Below, one piece after another: positions 10,246 through 20,798 of a stretch of DNA of 64,000 nucleotides (positions within the stretch are counted from its first letter, which is position 1; each line of letters opens with the position of its first letter). Origin of the DNA: Candidatus Latescibacterota bacterium (GTDB taxonomy: Bacteria > Latescibacterota > UBA2968). Where the stretch lies: assembly GCA_965208125.1 (NCBI GenBank), contig OZ242320.1, positions 3,328,001 through 3,392,000 on the forward strand, given 5' to 3'. Made by a program: the position numbers and the translations under genes. A model generated the notes under the pieces. It made no database searches. It was not told the DNA's origin and was given only the letters and a program-made list of their open reading frames with translations.

Positions 10246-11622
10246 TTAAAATGCTGTGTTTCGCCATTCGGGATTGTAGATTTCGCCCGACATGGTCGAA
10301 TGTACCAATTCGTAAACGCCGGTTCCGCGGCGATCAAAAAATTCAAAAATATACCGTCCCGACTTTTCGTAAATCCAGGTGTCTATGGCTTTTCCCATAG
10401 CTACCGATGTGGTATAGTCGCGCTCGTTGGGCGGCCCGTATTTGATATAAACGCGTCCTTGATCCGTATCCGATCCCCGCTTGCCCGGCTGCGATGTGAA
10501 CGTATCATCGGAGTATTTCATGCGACTCAGATGGTCTTGAAGCCGTTCATTTAAGGGCGTGCCCGGAGTTGGATCCAATTTTTTCCAAAATGCGTGGAGA
10601 AATTTCATTTTCGACGCCTGTGTTGGCAAAGATTTGTAAAGATTGATATCTTTTTCAGACGCAATGTGATGAATGGTTTGAAAATATCGCAATTGCTCCT
10701 GTTGCGCTTCTGTCAATTGTGGATTTTCATTTTCATCTGAAAGGAGGAAGACTTTGCGTTTGTGCCGCACATGTTCGCGCGTGCCGCGGTCAAATAACTC
10801 GACTTGCAAATCGTACGCGCCGCCAGATAGTCCCTCTGTTTCCAGGATTTCTGTTTTTACCACGCTTTCCCCGGGCTTGAGCAATCGCTTTGCCGGATAC
10901 GATTTGACAATGACATCGGCGGTGTCGAGCAAGCTATATCCTAAAACAAATGAATCATTGGGATTGTCGGACATGACCTTGAAGTTGTAAACCTCAAAGT
11001 AGATCTGAATTGGCTTACCTGTGCGGAAGAACCGCGTTGTATTGGGCACGACGTGCCATCCATTTTTGACAAAGCGCCCGACAGCTTCGGCTTTTTTTAA
11101 TTCCGAAGCGAATACCACATCGCTTACGACCAGCGCAGTGCCTTCAAAATGGCGCACGCGCATATTCCCTTCACAGGTGCCTGAAATATCTCCGTAAATA
11201 TCTTCGGCTGTCAGCGTCATTTTGTAGGGACCCGGTGCAATATCAACGGCGATGATATCGCGCACCAGTGCGCCATTTTGTTTTAATTCTCGGATATTTG
11301 CCACCGAAACATTTCGCGTCCACAACTCTTGTACTGTGGGATTTCCCGCAGAATCTTGAAGAGAAAGCTCAAAGTCAATTTGGGATACGTATTTGCCGCC
11401 TTCGGGTACAAACTGCAATTGTCGCGCATCTATTAATGTATAGACTTCCAGGCGCGTGAGGTTTTGAGGTCCCCGAAATGCAGCAGTTTCGGCAAAAACG
11501 CGCAACTCGCCCTTTGAGCGCAAAGGCATATCTCGATATATTGGCGCATCTTCTTGCCCGTATGCCGTTGCCCCGCAAAAACAGGTGGCAACCAGTACAA
11601 CATACCATTTTATGGAACGCAT
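10246..11622 (-). CDS. GWxTD domain secreted protein
   Basis: Signal peptide; C-terminal FWKKLDPTPGT..NE...GSDTDQGRVYIKYGPP (variant GWxTD motif). Confidence 0.8.
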   Translation of the reverse strand: MRSIKWYVVLVATCFCGATAYGQEDAPIYRDMPLRSKGELRVFAETAAFRGPQNLTRLEVYTLIDARQLQFVPEGGKYVSQIDFELSLQDSAGNPTVQELWTRNVSVANIRELKQNGALVRDIIAVDIAPGPYKMTLTAEDIYGDISGTCEGNMRVRHFEGTALVVSDVVFASELKKAEAVGRFVKNGWHVVPNTTRFFRTGKPIQIYFEVYNFKVMSDNPNDSFVLGYSLLDTADVIVKSYPAKRLLKPGESVVKTEILETEGLSGGAYDLQVELFDRGTREHVRHKRKVFLLSDENENPQLTEAQQEQLRYFQTIHHIASEKDINLYKSLPTQASKMKFLHAFWKKLDPTPGTPLNERLQDHLSRMKYSDDTFTSQPGKRGSDTDQGRVYIKYGPPNERDYTTSVAMGKAIDTWIYEKSGRYIFEFFDRRGTGVYELVHSTMSGEIYNPEWRNTAF

Positions 11623-11707
11623 GACGATCCTCCAGGTGTATATATAACAATTCCCCGGCTGGAATTTAAGACAGTATAAAGAGTTGAAAGAATGGAATCA
11701 AGAGTTA

Positions 11708-12592
11708 TCAAGTCACTTGATCGGCGGCATGGTAGGAACTGCGCACCAGTGGGCCGGATTCGACATGTCGAAAGCCCAGTGTGAGCGCGAATTGTTTGAG
11801 ATCCAAAAAATCATCGGGATGATAAAAGCGCGCCACAGGGACGTGTTGGGCAGACGGTTGCAGATATTGGCCTATCGTGAGAATATCTGTTTTGCAATCT
11901 GCGATATCTCGTATCGTCTGGCGCACCTCGACTATGGTTTCGCCCGCGCCGACCATAATACCCGACTTTGTGGGCATACCGCGCCCCATCGCTTTGGCCC
12001 GTTTCAAAAGTGTTAGCGACCTGTCGTATTTTGCCTGGGGACGCATGGTTTTATACAGGCGGGGTACGGTTTCGACATTGTGGTTCAAGATATCGGGTGC
12101 TGCTTCTATGACCACGCGCAATGCCTGCCAATTGCCCTGAAAATCCGGGATCAAGACTTCGACCTTTGTGTGTCTGCACAACCGCCGGATCGCATATATG
12201 GTTTCGGCAAAAATGTGCGCTCCCCCGTCCGGGAGTTCATCGCGATTTACCGATGTGACCACTGCATGACGCAATCCCATAGTCTGCACGGCTTTGGCGA
12301 CCCGTTCGGGCTCTTCGGTATCAAGGCCCTCTGGATGACCGGTTTTTACCGCGCAAAATCCACAACTCCGCGTACACACATCTCCCAAAATCATAAATGT
12401 CGCCGTGCCCGAGTTCCAGCATTCGCCGATATTGGGACAGCGCGCACTTTCGCAGACTGTATGGAGATTTAACCCGCGCATTAAGTTTTTCAATGCGCGG
12501 TATCCCTCACTGCCTGGGGCTGGTACGCGAAACCATTCGGGCAGTCGCCTTCGGCGCACAGGAGGTGCTGCAATGTCCATCAGACCATTCAT
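11708..12592 (-). CDS. lipA: Lipoyl synthase
   Basis: VCESARCPNIGECW, CTRSCGFC, GQYLQPS, RSSYHA. Confidence 0.97.
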   Translation of the reverse strand: MNGLMDIAAPPVRRRRLPEWFRVPAPGSEGYRALKNLMRGLNLHTVCESARCPNIGECWNSGTATFMILGDVCTRSCGFCAVKTGHPEGLDTEEPERVAKAVQTMGLRHAVVTSVNRDELPDGGAHIFAETIYAIRRLCRHTKVEVLIPDFQGNWQALRVVIEAAPDILNHNVETVPRLYKTMRPQAKYDRSLTLLKRAKAMGRGMPTKSGIMVGAGETIVEVRQTIRDIADCKTDILTIGQYLQPSAQHVPVARFYHPDDFLDLKQFALTLGFRHVESGPLVRSSYHAADQVT

Positions 12593-13962
12593 TGCACCCT
12601 CCGCCCGGTCAGTGTGCGCAAGGTCGTTTGGGTAATTTCGACATTGGTTAGCGCGTTGTCTGCAACGCCCTCTCGAGGAAATACGACCGTCTTGAAGCCA
12701 TCGGATTTTCCCACGGCCAAACCCTCACCTTTGCGGGCATCTCCCTGTACCAAAACCTCAAGGGTGCGACCGATATAAGTCGCATTGATTTCTTCAGAAA
12801 TGCGATTTTGTTGTGAAATAATGGTTTCGAGCCTTTGCACCTTTTCCTCTTCTGATACCGTATCGGGCATCTCGCGGAAGGCGACCGTGCCTTTTCGCGC
12901 GGAATACTTAAACATAAATGCGGAATCATAACGCACCTGCGCCATTAATGCCAGCGTAGCCTCAAAGTCGGTTTGTGTTTCGCCGGAAAAGCCAGCGATG
13001 ATATCTGTACTCAAACACAGATCTGGCATTGCGTTGCGCAAATCATTGACCAGGGCGAGATATTCTTCGATTGTATAGCTGCGTTTCATCGCTTCCAGAA
13101 CGCGGTTTGACCCGGACTGCACGGGCAAATGAATAAAGCGACAAATTTTCTTTTCACGCGCCATCGTTTCAATGAATTTTTCAGAGAAATCACTCGGATG
13201 AGGCGAGGTAAAGCGAATGCGGTCAATGCCGTCTATGCGCGCAATCATCGAGAGTAAATCGGCAAAATCGCAGGTGTCATCACGATAAGAATTGACGGTT
13301 TGGCCCAATAAGGTGACTTCTCGAAAACCCGCATCGGCAGCGGCATGAGCTTGTCTGACAATTTCGCGTGCCGGTACACTGCGCTCTCTGCCGCGCACGT
13401 AGGGCACGATGCAGAATGTGCAAAACTTATCGCATCCGCGCATAATGGTGATCCAGGCATTGCTGCCCTCTTCGCGCAAGGGGTTGATGTCCATATAATA
13501 TTCGCCGCGATCCAAACGCACATCCAGAGCTGAATCGCCACGCGCTTCGGCAATGAGTTCGGGTAGGCGCCGATACGAATCTGGCCCCACGACGAGATCG
13601 ACATAGGGCGCGTCGTTCATCAGGGATTCTGAAACGTGTTTGGCCATGCATCCCGATACCCCCATAATCAGGTCTGGACGCCGATACTTCAGCCTGCGCA
13701 ATTGTCCCAATCTGCCCCTTATTCGCTCTTCGGCGTGTTCGCGTATCGCGCAGGTATTCAGCACAATGACATCGGCATCTTCTGGGCGACGGGCAGAGAT
13801 ATAACCCGATTGCTTTAAAATGCCCATCATCAGTTCTGTATCCGATACATTCATCTGGCAACCGTATGTCTCGATAAAAACCTTTTGCCCAGACATGGGC
13901 GCGACAGGTATATCGGTTTGTACGGCGCGACCGTCTAATTCAATATCGAGCAATGCGCTCAC
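12589..13962 (-). CDS. miaB: tRNA-i6A37 methylthiotransferase MiaB
   Basis: TYGCQMN, NTCAIRE, RGCDKFCTFCIVP, RFTSPHP, TRAM tail; GTG start at 13962 with AAGGA RBS, overlapping the queG stop. Confidence 0.95.
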   Translation of the reverse strand: MSALLDIELDGRAVQTDIPVAPMSGQKVFIETYGCQMNVSDTELMMGILKQSGYISARRPEDADVIVLNTCAIREHAEERIRGRLGQLRRLKYRRPDLIMGVSGCMAKHVSESLMNDAPYVDLVVGPDSYRRLPELIAEARGDSALDVRLDRGEYYMDINPLREEGSNAWITIMRGCDKFCTFCIVPYVRGRERSVPAREIVRQAHAAADAGFREVTLLGQTVNSYRDDTCDFADLLSMIARIDGIDRIRFTSPHPSDFSEKFIETMAREKKICRFIHLPVQSGSNRVLEAMKRSYTIEEYLALVNDLRNAMPDLCLSTDIIAGFSGETQTDFEATLALMAQVRYDSAFMFKYSARKGTVAFREMPDTVSEEEKVQRLETIISQQNRISEEINATYIGRTLEVLVQGDARKGEGLAVGKSDGFKTVVFPREGVADNALTNVEITQTTLRTLTGRRVQ

Positions 13963-15086
13963 GTTCGTTTCCTTTTTATTTTTTTTCTTGCCAAACGCAT
14001 CTCTTTGATTACTTCTGCATCGCGTTCGCACATCAGTGCTTTGTCGAGTGCCCGTCTCGCCCGCCCGCCTCCAATTTTGCCCAGTGCCCAGGCTGCGTGT
14101 TGTCGTACGAGCGGCTCGTCATCTTTCAGGGCATCTGTTAGGGTGGGAACTTCAGATTTGCCTCCCACATTGCCCAATGCCACGGCAACATTGCGCAGTA
14201 ATCCACGCCGTTTGGCGCGTTTTATCGGACTGTTTTTGAATCGCTTTGAAAAAGTCTCTTGATCCATGTGCAGCAAGTCGGTCAGCGCGGGTGCATTCAA
14301 ACCCTCGCGTGCCTGAAAAGCATTTTCAGAAGTCGGCTTTGCGTGTTTGCGATTCCATGGGCATACTTCCTGACAGATATCACATCCGAAGACCCAGTTG
14401 CCCATATCCGATCTCAAATCCCGCGGAATAGCGCCTTTCAATTCAATAGTCAAGTAGGAAATACACCGCCGCGAATCCACAACATAAGGTTCTGGAATGG
14501 CATCTGTTGGACACGCATCCAGGCACTGCGTACAGGTGCCGCAGTGATCGGGTTGTGGACGATCGATTTCGAGATCGAGATTCAGAATAATCTCACCTAA
14601 AAAAAACCAGGATCCGCGGCTTTTGTCAATTAAGCAGGTGTGTTTTCCAAACCAGCCCAGCCCGGCTCGGGCGGCGAAATCGCGCTCCAGAACAGGCCCG
14701 GTATCGACATAGACCCGCCCTTCCGCTGAGGGTTCTATTTTTTGGATTTCGGCCAGTAATTCAAATAAGCGGTCTTTCATGACGGTGTGATAATCATCGC
14801 CACGGGCATAGCGCGCAATCTGCCCCTCAGGTGCATCACTGTTGTCAGGCCCATCGGAATGGGGCTGATAATTGAGCCCCACGCACAGTACTGATTTTGC
14901 GTCTGGAAGGATTTGGCGAATATCTGACCGCCGATCCAGATTGCGTGCCAAATACTCCATTTCGCCTGCGTAGCCCATCCCCAACCACTTTTGATAAAAC
15001 GCCCAGTGTTGCGGGGGATCTGCCGATGCAATCCCCACGGGATTAAATCCCAAACGCCGTGCCGCGTCCTTAATCCGATGGGTCAT
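13959..15086 (-). CDS. queG: Epoxyqueuosine reductase QueG with C-terminal HEAT repeats
   Basis: ARYARGDDYH, DTGPVLER, CGTCTQCLDACPT, FGCDICQEVCPWN. Confidence 0.95.
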   Translation of the reverse strand: MTHRIKDAARRLGFNPVGIASADPPQHWAFYQKWLGMGYAGEMEYLARNLDRRSDIRQILPDAKSVLCVGLNYQPHSDGPDNSDAPEGQIARYARGDDYHTVMKDRLFELLAEIQKIEPSAEGRVYVDTGPVLERDFAARAGLGWFGKHTCLIDKSRGSWFFLGEIILNLDLEIDRPQPDHCGTCTQCLDACPTDAIPEPYVVDSRRCISYLTIELKGAIPRDLRSDMGNWVFGCDICQEVCPWNRKHAKPTSENAFQAREGLNAPALTDLLHMDQETFSKRFKNSPIKRAKRRGLLRNVAVALGNVGGKSEVPTLTDALKDDEPLVRQHAAWALGKIGGGRARRALDKALMCERDAEVIKEMRLARKKIKRKRT

Positions 15087-15140
15087 GCAGGTACTCCAAA
15101 AATAGAGGGCAGGACACAACAATGCCCTGCCCCGTGATTC

Positions 15141-15515
15141 TCAGGTCTGACGAGCCAGTTTGTCAAGTGCATTGTGAACTGCATCTACTGCCAGATCAGC
15201 GGCGTGTTTTCGCGTCGGGGGCAAGCCGTCAAGTGCAGTCTCGATATCGGCACGAGCGATTTTGCAAGCTTGATGGGGCGTTTTGCCAATCACCCATTCC
15301 GTGAGCACAGATCCCGAAGCAATGGTTGCAGCACATCCCTGCGCACGGAAAAGAGCGCGGTCAATAATGCCGTCTTTGATGGCGAGATGCAGGGATAGGG
15401 TCGTACCCGAAGCTGGATTTTCTGCAAATCCAATTGCATCGGGGGTGTCCAATGCGCCAACATTTTTGGGATGTTCAAAGTGATCCCGTAAAATCGTGGA
15501 ATAACCGTCAGACAT
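15141..15515 (-). CDS. IscU/NifU_N-like Fe-S scaffold (degenerate ligands)
   Basis: YS..LRDHFEHPKNVG, NPASG, GCAATIASGS, LPPTRKHAA; start taken at ATG 15515. Confidence 0.8.
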   Translation of the reverse strand: MSDGYSTILRDHFEHPKNVGALDTPDAIGFAENPASGTTLSLHLAIKDGIIDRALFRAQGCAATIASGSVLTEWVIGKTPHQACKIARADIETALDGLPPTRKHAADLAVDAVHNALDKLARQT

Positions 15516-15519
15516 GGGA

Positions 15520-17208
15520 TTACGCGCTGGCCCGTGAAGAAGTTCCCGAGCGGTAATTGCTATTGCGCCCGCGCCGGCCGTAGCGTCGGCTTCGACTGCG
15601 CGGGATGCGTTTGCCAGACCGGCCAGCCCAATTTGTGGCAATTATTTGTCTAATTACTGTGATCTGAACCTCGCCCGGATAGGTCATTTCCTCGCGAATG
15701 CGCTCGGCAATTGCAAAGGACAGATCTTTGGCCTGTTCGTCGTTTACGTGCCCGGCATTGACCAGCACGCGCACTTCGCGTCCAGCATTGATGGCATAAG
15801 CATCGCGCACACCATCGAAGGATTGCGCCATTTCCTCTAAATCGCGCACCCGTTTGATATACCCTTCGGCATCGTCGCGCCGAGCACCGGGCCGCGATGA
15901 AGAAATCGCATCGGCTGCTTTGACCAAAAACGAAAGCGGGGTGGAAGCCTCTGCCTCGCCATGGTGATAAAAAATGCCGTTGATAACCTCCGGGCCCTCG
16001 CCGTATTTGCCAGCCAGATGCGCACCAATATCGGTGTGTTTTCCTTCGAGTTCCTGGTCCACGGCTTTGCCGATATCGTGCAATAGTCCACATCGCCGCG
16101 CGAGTTTTTCATCCATGCCTAATTCTGCTGCCATTGCACCGGCTAAAAAAGCCACTTCTTTAGAATGCCCCAAAACGCTTTGCCCATAACTCGTGCGATA
16201 CTTGAGCTTCCCGACCAGTTTGACCAGTTCTGGATGCAATGATTCAATACTCAATTCGCGCACTGCCTGACGGCCTTCTTCGGCAATAAGTGAGTAGATC
16301 TTTTTTTCGCAGTTGGCAACAACCGCTTCAACGCGGCTTGGATTGATGCGGCCGTCGCGCACCAATTGCTCCATAGACAGGCGCGCCACATCGCGCTTGA
16401 CCGGATCAAAGCTGGATAAGACAACCGCCTCGGGCGTATCGTTTACAATGACTTTCACACCCGTGGCGGCTTCAAAAGCAATGATATTGCGCCCCTCTTT
16501 GCCGACAATCCGCCCCTTGATATGATCATCGGGCAATGTGACAACCGATATGGATGACTGAACGGTTTGATCGGTGGAACAGCGTTCTATTACCTGCGCC
16601 AGAATTTTCTTGGCCTCACGGTGGGCTCGTTCCCTGGCGTGATCGATAATTTCTCGGCCGATATTTGCTGCTGTCTGCCGCAGTGAATTTCGGATGTTTT
16701 CGAGCAGCATCTCGCGGGCGCGGTCGGCATTCATGCCCGAAATACGCTCCAATTGCGCCCGTTGCTGATCGAGAATATCGGTCAATTCCAGTTCTCGTTT
16801 CTCCAAACGGACGGCTTTTTGATTCCCTTCTTGTTCCCGTCGTGTTAAGGTCTTTTCGCGCTGGCTTGTAACTTCGGCTTGTTTTGCGAGGCGCGTCTCT
16901 TGTTCGTGCAATTCGTCTTTTCGGCGATCTAAGGTACGCTGTTTTTGATCAAAAGACTTTTCAATTTCGGCCTTCTCTTCATACCAGCTATTTTTAATTT
17001 CTAAAAAAGCAGCCTTGCGATCCCGGTCTTCGTTTTTCGCGAGTTTGATTGCGCGTTTCTCTGCCTGTTGCTCAATATCTCGCATTTTTCGATCTCTAAT
17101 GCGGGTGCCAACAAACCACCCGATTCCAAACGTAATAAGGGCAATGGCAACTGCCAGATAGATGATAATGTTCGTTGCCATTGAAGCTCCCTGAAATAGC
17201 ATGTCCAT
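15520..17208 (-). CDS. rny: Ribonuclease Y
   Basis: N-terminal TM plus coiled coil, KH KGRIVGKEGRNI, YRTSYGQ, HD LLHDIGKA, ADAISSSRPGAR. Confidence 0.96.
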   Translation of the reverse strand: MDMLFQGASMATNIIIYLAVAIALITFGIGWFVGTRIRDRKMRDIEQQAEKRAIKLAKNEDRDRKAAFLEIKNSWYEEKAEIEKSFDQKQRTLDRRKDELHEQETRLAKQAEVTSQREKTLTRREQEGNQKAVRLEKRELELTDILDQQRAQLERISGMNADRAREMLLENIRNSLRQTAANIGREIIDHARERAHREAKKILAQVIERCSTDQTVQSSISVVTLPDDHIKGRIVGKEGRNIIAFEAATGVKVIVNDTPEAVVLSSFDPVKRDVARLSMEQLVRDGRINPSRVEAVVANCEKKIYSLIAEEGRQAVRELSIESLHPELVKLVGKLKYRTSYGQSVLGHSKEVAFLAGAMAAELGMDEKLARRCGLLHDIGKAVDQELEGKHTDIGAHLAGKYGEGPEVINGIFYHHGEAEASTPLSFLVKAADAISSSRPGARRDDAEGYIKRVRDLEEMAQSFDGVRDAYAINAGREVRVLVNAGHVNDEQAKDLSFAIAERIREEMTYPGEVQITVIRQIIATNWAGRSGKRIPRSRSRRYGRRGRNSNYRSGTSSRASA

Positions 17209-17427
17209 TGGAGCCTCCTGTCAAGATTCAAATCCGGTTTTATATCCATAACGCAGGTGCGTTTGAAGATGTTTCCAAAAAGCTTCTGCACAAACTGCGC
17301 CGATGCGTTATACGCATCGCAAATAAGAAAAAGTATGTAAAAAATAGACGTCATGCGTTTTTGTTCCTCAGAAGCTGCTTAAAGCGATAGAGGGGTTATG
17401 TAGTGACCCAAATATTTTAAAGGACCC

Positions 17428-17461
17428 AAAAGGGAGGAATCGCGAGACGACCCCTCCCTTC
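17428..17461 (-). terminator. Intrinsic terminator after iscA
   Basis: AAGGGAGG...CCTCCCTT stem followed by TTTT on the minus strand. Confidence 0.65.
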
Positions 17462-17490
17462 TGCACATTGGCATTTCTGCAAAACGATGT

Positions 17491-17817
17491 TCAAACGCTG
17501 AACGATTCCCCACATCCACACTGATTTGTGGCATTGGGATTGTTAAATCGAAATCCCGTTCCCATCAGACCATCGTCGTAATCCAGTTCAGTACCTGTCA
17601 AAAAGAGCGCGCTTTTCATATCGACAAAAACCCGAACGCCATAGGCTTCAATCACGCTGTCATCTGTGCGGGCTGTCTCGTCGAAATCGAGCTGATATTG
17701 AAGGCCGGAACATCCGCCGCCGATTACTTTCAAGCGCAAACCATGATCTTCGGGACGTCCGTCTCGGTCCAGGAGTTCTTTTATTTTGCCCGCTGCTGTT
17801 TCTGTGACGCGAACCAT
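17491..17817 (-). CDS. iscA: A-type Fe-S carrier (IscA/HesB/ErpA)
   Basis: GGGCSGLQY and CGCGESF. Confidence 0.92.
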   Translation of the reverse strand: MVRVTETAAGKIKELLDRDGRPEDHGLRLKVIGGGCSGLQYQLDFDETARTDDSVIEAYGVRVFVDMKSALFLTGTELDYDDGLMGTGFRFNNPNATNQCGCGESFSV

Positions 17818-17827
17818 AATGCCTCCA

Positions 17828-18307
17828 TTAACTCAACGCTTGCAGACACGCTTTGATCGCATCAAAATCGGGCAGTTCGGTTGGATCGTCGGACACAGAA
17901 GCAAAGCGTACCACACCGCTTTTATCTACTACAAAAGCCGAACGTTTTGCCACGCCCTTAAATCCAATCAAATCCTCGAATTGCGATCCATAAGCCGCGC
18001 TGACTTCTTTGTTGAAATCGCTGAGCAAGGGGACGGTAATATCGTTTTCCTTTGCCCATGCTTCCTGAGCAAAGGGACTATCTACACTGATGCCCAAGAC
18101 CTGTGCATCGAGTGCGTCGTAATCGGCCAAACCACCACTGACCGAGCACATTTCGTCGGTACAAACGCCGGTATAAGCCAGTGGGAAAAATAAAATCACG
18201 ACGTTTTTTTCGTCTCTGTAATCGCTCAGAGAAATATCGTTCATATCGTCACCAGCTTTTGATTTCAGCGTAAAATCTGGTGCATGGTCACCTACAGTAA
18301 TACCCAT
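17828..18307 (-). CDS. Peroxiredoxin (AhpC/TSA family)
   Basis: FFPLAYTGVC peroxidatic motif, GISVDS, LLSDF, RSAFVVD. Confidence 0.9.
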   Translation of the reverse strand: MGITVGDHAPDFTLKSKAGDDMNDISLSDYRDEKNVVILFFPLAYTGVCTDEMCSVSGGLADYDALDAQVLGISVDSPFAQEAWAKENDITVPLLSDFNKEVSAAYGSQFEDLIGFKGVAKRSAFVVDKSGVVRFASVSDDPTELPDFDAIKACLQALS

Positions 18308-18329
18308 TTCTCATATCCTTTGGAAAGAC

Positions 18330-18938
18330 TTATAGCGCAGCTTCGTAACGGCGATTGACTTCGTCCCAGTTAATTGTGTTGGTCCAGGCTTCAATATAAT
18401 CGGGACGCAAATTCTGATACTTGAGATAATAAGCGTGCTCCCACACATCGAGGCCGAGAATGGGCGTTCCGTCACCTGTCATGATCGGATTATCTTGATT
18501 GGCAGTGCTCAAAATATCGAGTTTGCCGTCTTTGACCACAAGCCAGGCCCACCCACTTCCAAAGCGCGTTGTTGCAGCGGTGACAAATGCTTCTTTCGCA
18601 GCTCCCATGCTGCCAAAATCGGCGACAATGGCATCGGCAACTGCACCTCCTGGTTCTCCGCCATCGGAGCTCATAATCGTCCAGAACAAACTGTGGTTGG
18701 CATGGCCTCCGCCATTGTTTTGAACAGCCGTGCGGATATCGTCTGGTACGCTGTCCAGATTGGTGATCAAACTTTCGATAGACTGATTTGCCAGGTCATC
18801 ATGCCCCTCAAGTGCGGCATTGAGATTGGTCACATAGGCATTGTGGTGTTTGGAATGATGAATTTCCATCGTCCGCGCGTCAATATGTGGCTCGAGTGCA
18901 TCATAAGCATAGGGCAAGTCGGGCAATTGATATGCCAT
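18330..18938 (-). CDS. sodA: Superoxide dismutase (Mn-type signature)
   Basis: [34 protein letters not shown]. Confidence 0.95.
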   Translation of the reverse strand: MAYQLPDLPYAYDALEPHIDARTMEIHHSKHHNAYVTNLNAALEGHDDLANQSIESLITNLDSVPDDIRTAVQNNGGGHANHSLFWTIMSSDGGEPGGAVADAIVADFGSMGAAKEAFVTAATTRFGSGWAWLVVKDGKLDILSTANQDNPIMTGDGTPILGLDVWEHAYYLKYQNLRPDYIEAWTNTINWDEVNRRYEAAL

Positions 18939-19009
18939 TTTGGAACTCCTTGTTTAGAGATGAGTACTTTAGAAATGAATTGCGATACCATTATCGAGTT
19001 TGAAATCAA

Positions 19010-19038
19010 AATATAATGAACTACCATAGAGGCGTCAA
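19010..19038 (-). promoter_or_regulatory. Sigma70-type promoter of sod-prx-iscA
   Basis: TTGACG-17 bp-TATATT on the minus strand. Confidence 0.6.
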
Positions 19039-19107
19039 GTCCTTATACAAGTCGTTTATTTTATATAACATAAATACTTACAACAACTTGATATATATCT
19101 GGAAAAA

Positions 19108-19962
19108 TCATTTGATGTGAACCAGTGCGTTGTCTATCAGACGTGCATTGCCAAACCGCACAGCCACGGCCAGTAAGATGGAGTCTTTTAGCTCGGCAAC
19201 GGGTGTGAGGTTTTTTGCATCGACGACTTCGATATAGTCGATTTCTGCACAGCGCTGAGGTTCAATGACATCGCGCATGGCTTCAATGACCCTTTGGGTA
19301 CGCCTTTCGCCCTGACCGATCATTTTTTGTCCCACCATCAATGCGCGGTAAAGCGCGGGAGCTTCGCGCCGTTCTTCAGCACTTAAATAAGCATTTCTCG
19401 AACTCATCGCCAATCCGTCCGCTTCGCGCACTGTGGGGGCCATCTGTATCTCCACATCCAGGTTGAGATCGCGCACCAGGCGTTGAATGACTATTGTTTG
19501 TTGCGCGTCTTTTTGTCCAAAGACAGCTACATGGGGTTTTACCGCTGCAAATAGTTTGGTGACGATTGTTGTCACACCTTCAAAATGCCCCGGACGACTT
19601 GCGCCACACAGCCTTTCGGTCAGCTTTGCCACGCGCACCGATGTTGCAAAATCTCCGGGATATATTTCTTTTTTATCGGGCAAATACGCGAGATGTACGC
19701 CGTGTTGGTCGAGCAATTTCAGGTCCCGATCGAGATTTCTTGGATAGGCTGCGAGATCTTCGGTGGGACCAAATTGCAGCGGGTTGACAAAAATGCTTAC
19801 CACAATCCGGTCTGCTACTTTTAATGCCTGGCGTACGAGACTGAGATGTCCTTCGTGCAGATATCCCATTGTGGGTACAAGCCCGATGCGCAGGCCTGCC
19901 TGTCGGATACGATCTGCTGCGCAGTGCATCTCGCGGACGGTTTTTATAATTTTTACGGCCAT
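19108..19962 (-). CDS. panC: Pantoate-beta-alanine ligase
   Basis: VPTMGYLHEGH, SIFVNPLQF, RPGHFEGV, FGQKD, LAMSSRN, RLIDN. Confidence 0.97.
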   Translation of the reverse strand: MAVKIIKTVREMHCAADRIRQAGLRIGLVPTMGYLHEGHLSLVRQALKVADRIVVSIFVNPLQFGPTEDLAAYPRNLDRDLKLLDQHGVHLAYLPDKKEIYPGDFATSVRVAKLTERLCGASRPGHFEGVTTIVTKLFAAVKPHVAVFGQKDAQQTIVIQRLVRDLNLDVEIQMAPTVREADGLAMSSRNAYLSAEERREAPALYRALMVGQKMIGQGERRTQRVIEAMRDVIEPQRCAEIDYIEVVDAKNLTPVAELKDSILLAVAVRFGNARLIDNALVHIK

Positions 19963-20795
19963 TATCTGTCTATCCGCGCTCTAAATCGGCGCAGTTCCGC
20001 GCTCGTTATTTTAAAACGGTGTTTGTCTTCTGGAAATCGACGCGACTTGATATCTGCGACATAGTCTGCAAATGCCTGATGCATCTCCCTTTTGAGATCG
20101 GTGTATGTTTTGACAAACCGATAATGGCTTTTGTAAACGCCCAGCATATCGTGTGCAACCAGCACTTGTCCATCGCATACACGCCCGGCACCAATTCCAA
20201 TGGTTGGCATGGACACTCGTTTGGTCACGACTTCGGCGACGCGCTCGGGCACGCATTCTAAAACTACGGCCAGCGCGCCAGCAGACGCCAATGCATCGGC
20301 ATCGTACAGGACATCGAGTGCTTCTTCGGCGCGATCGCCAAACACGGGACGCTTACCCGTGCGCGTTTGGGGCGTATAGCCCACATGCCCGACCACGGGA
20401 ATGCCCTCGGCGACGAGCGCCTCGACCTGGGGCGTTATATTGCGCCCTCCCTCGAGTTTAACCACTTCTGTACCGGCAGAAACCAATTGCCGCGCATTTT
20501 CTATTGCTTGCTCTGGTGTTTCGTAAGATCGATAGGGCAAATCTGCCATCAATAGAGCACTCACTACTCCGCGCCGCACCGCGCGCGTGTGGTGAAGCAT
20601 ATCATCCATTGTCACCTGCTGTGGGTTTTTATACCCCAACACATTGACGCCAACCGAGTCTCCTACGAAGATGACATCGACACCCGCAGCATCCTGAAAA
20701 ACAGCCGTGGGATGATCGTAACAGGTCAACATCGCAATGGTTTCGCCTCGTTGTTTCATCAGCGCGAGGGTTTCTGGTTTTACCCGCGATCCCAT
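19962..20795 (-). CDS. panB: 3-methyl-2-oxobutanoate hydroxymethyltransferase
   Basis: VGDS, VKLEGG, GHVGYTPQ, IGIGAG..CDGQVLV. Confidence 0.95.
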   Translation of the reverse strand: MGSRVKPETLALMKQRGETIAMLTCYDHPTAVFQDAAGVDVIFVGDSVGVNVLGYKNPQQVTMDDMLHHTRAVRRGVVSALLMADLPYRSYETPEQAIENARQLVSAGTEVVKLEGGRNITPQVEALVAEGIPVVGHVGYTPQTRTGKRPVFGDRAEEALDVLYDADALASAGALAVVLECVPERVAEVVTKRVSMPTIGIGAGRVCDGQVLVAHDMLGVYKSHYRFVKTYTDLKREMHQAFADYVADIKSRRFPEDKHRFKITSAELRRFRARIDR

Positions 20796-20798
20796 AAG

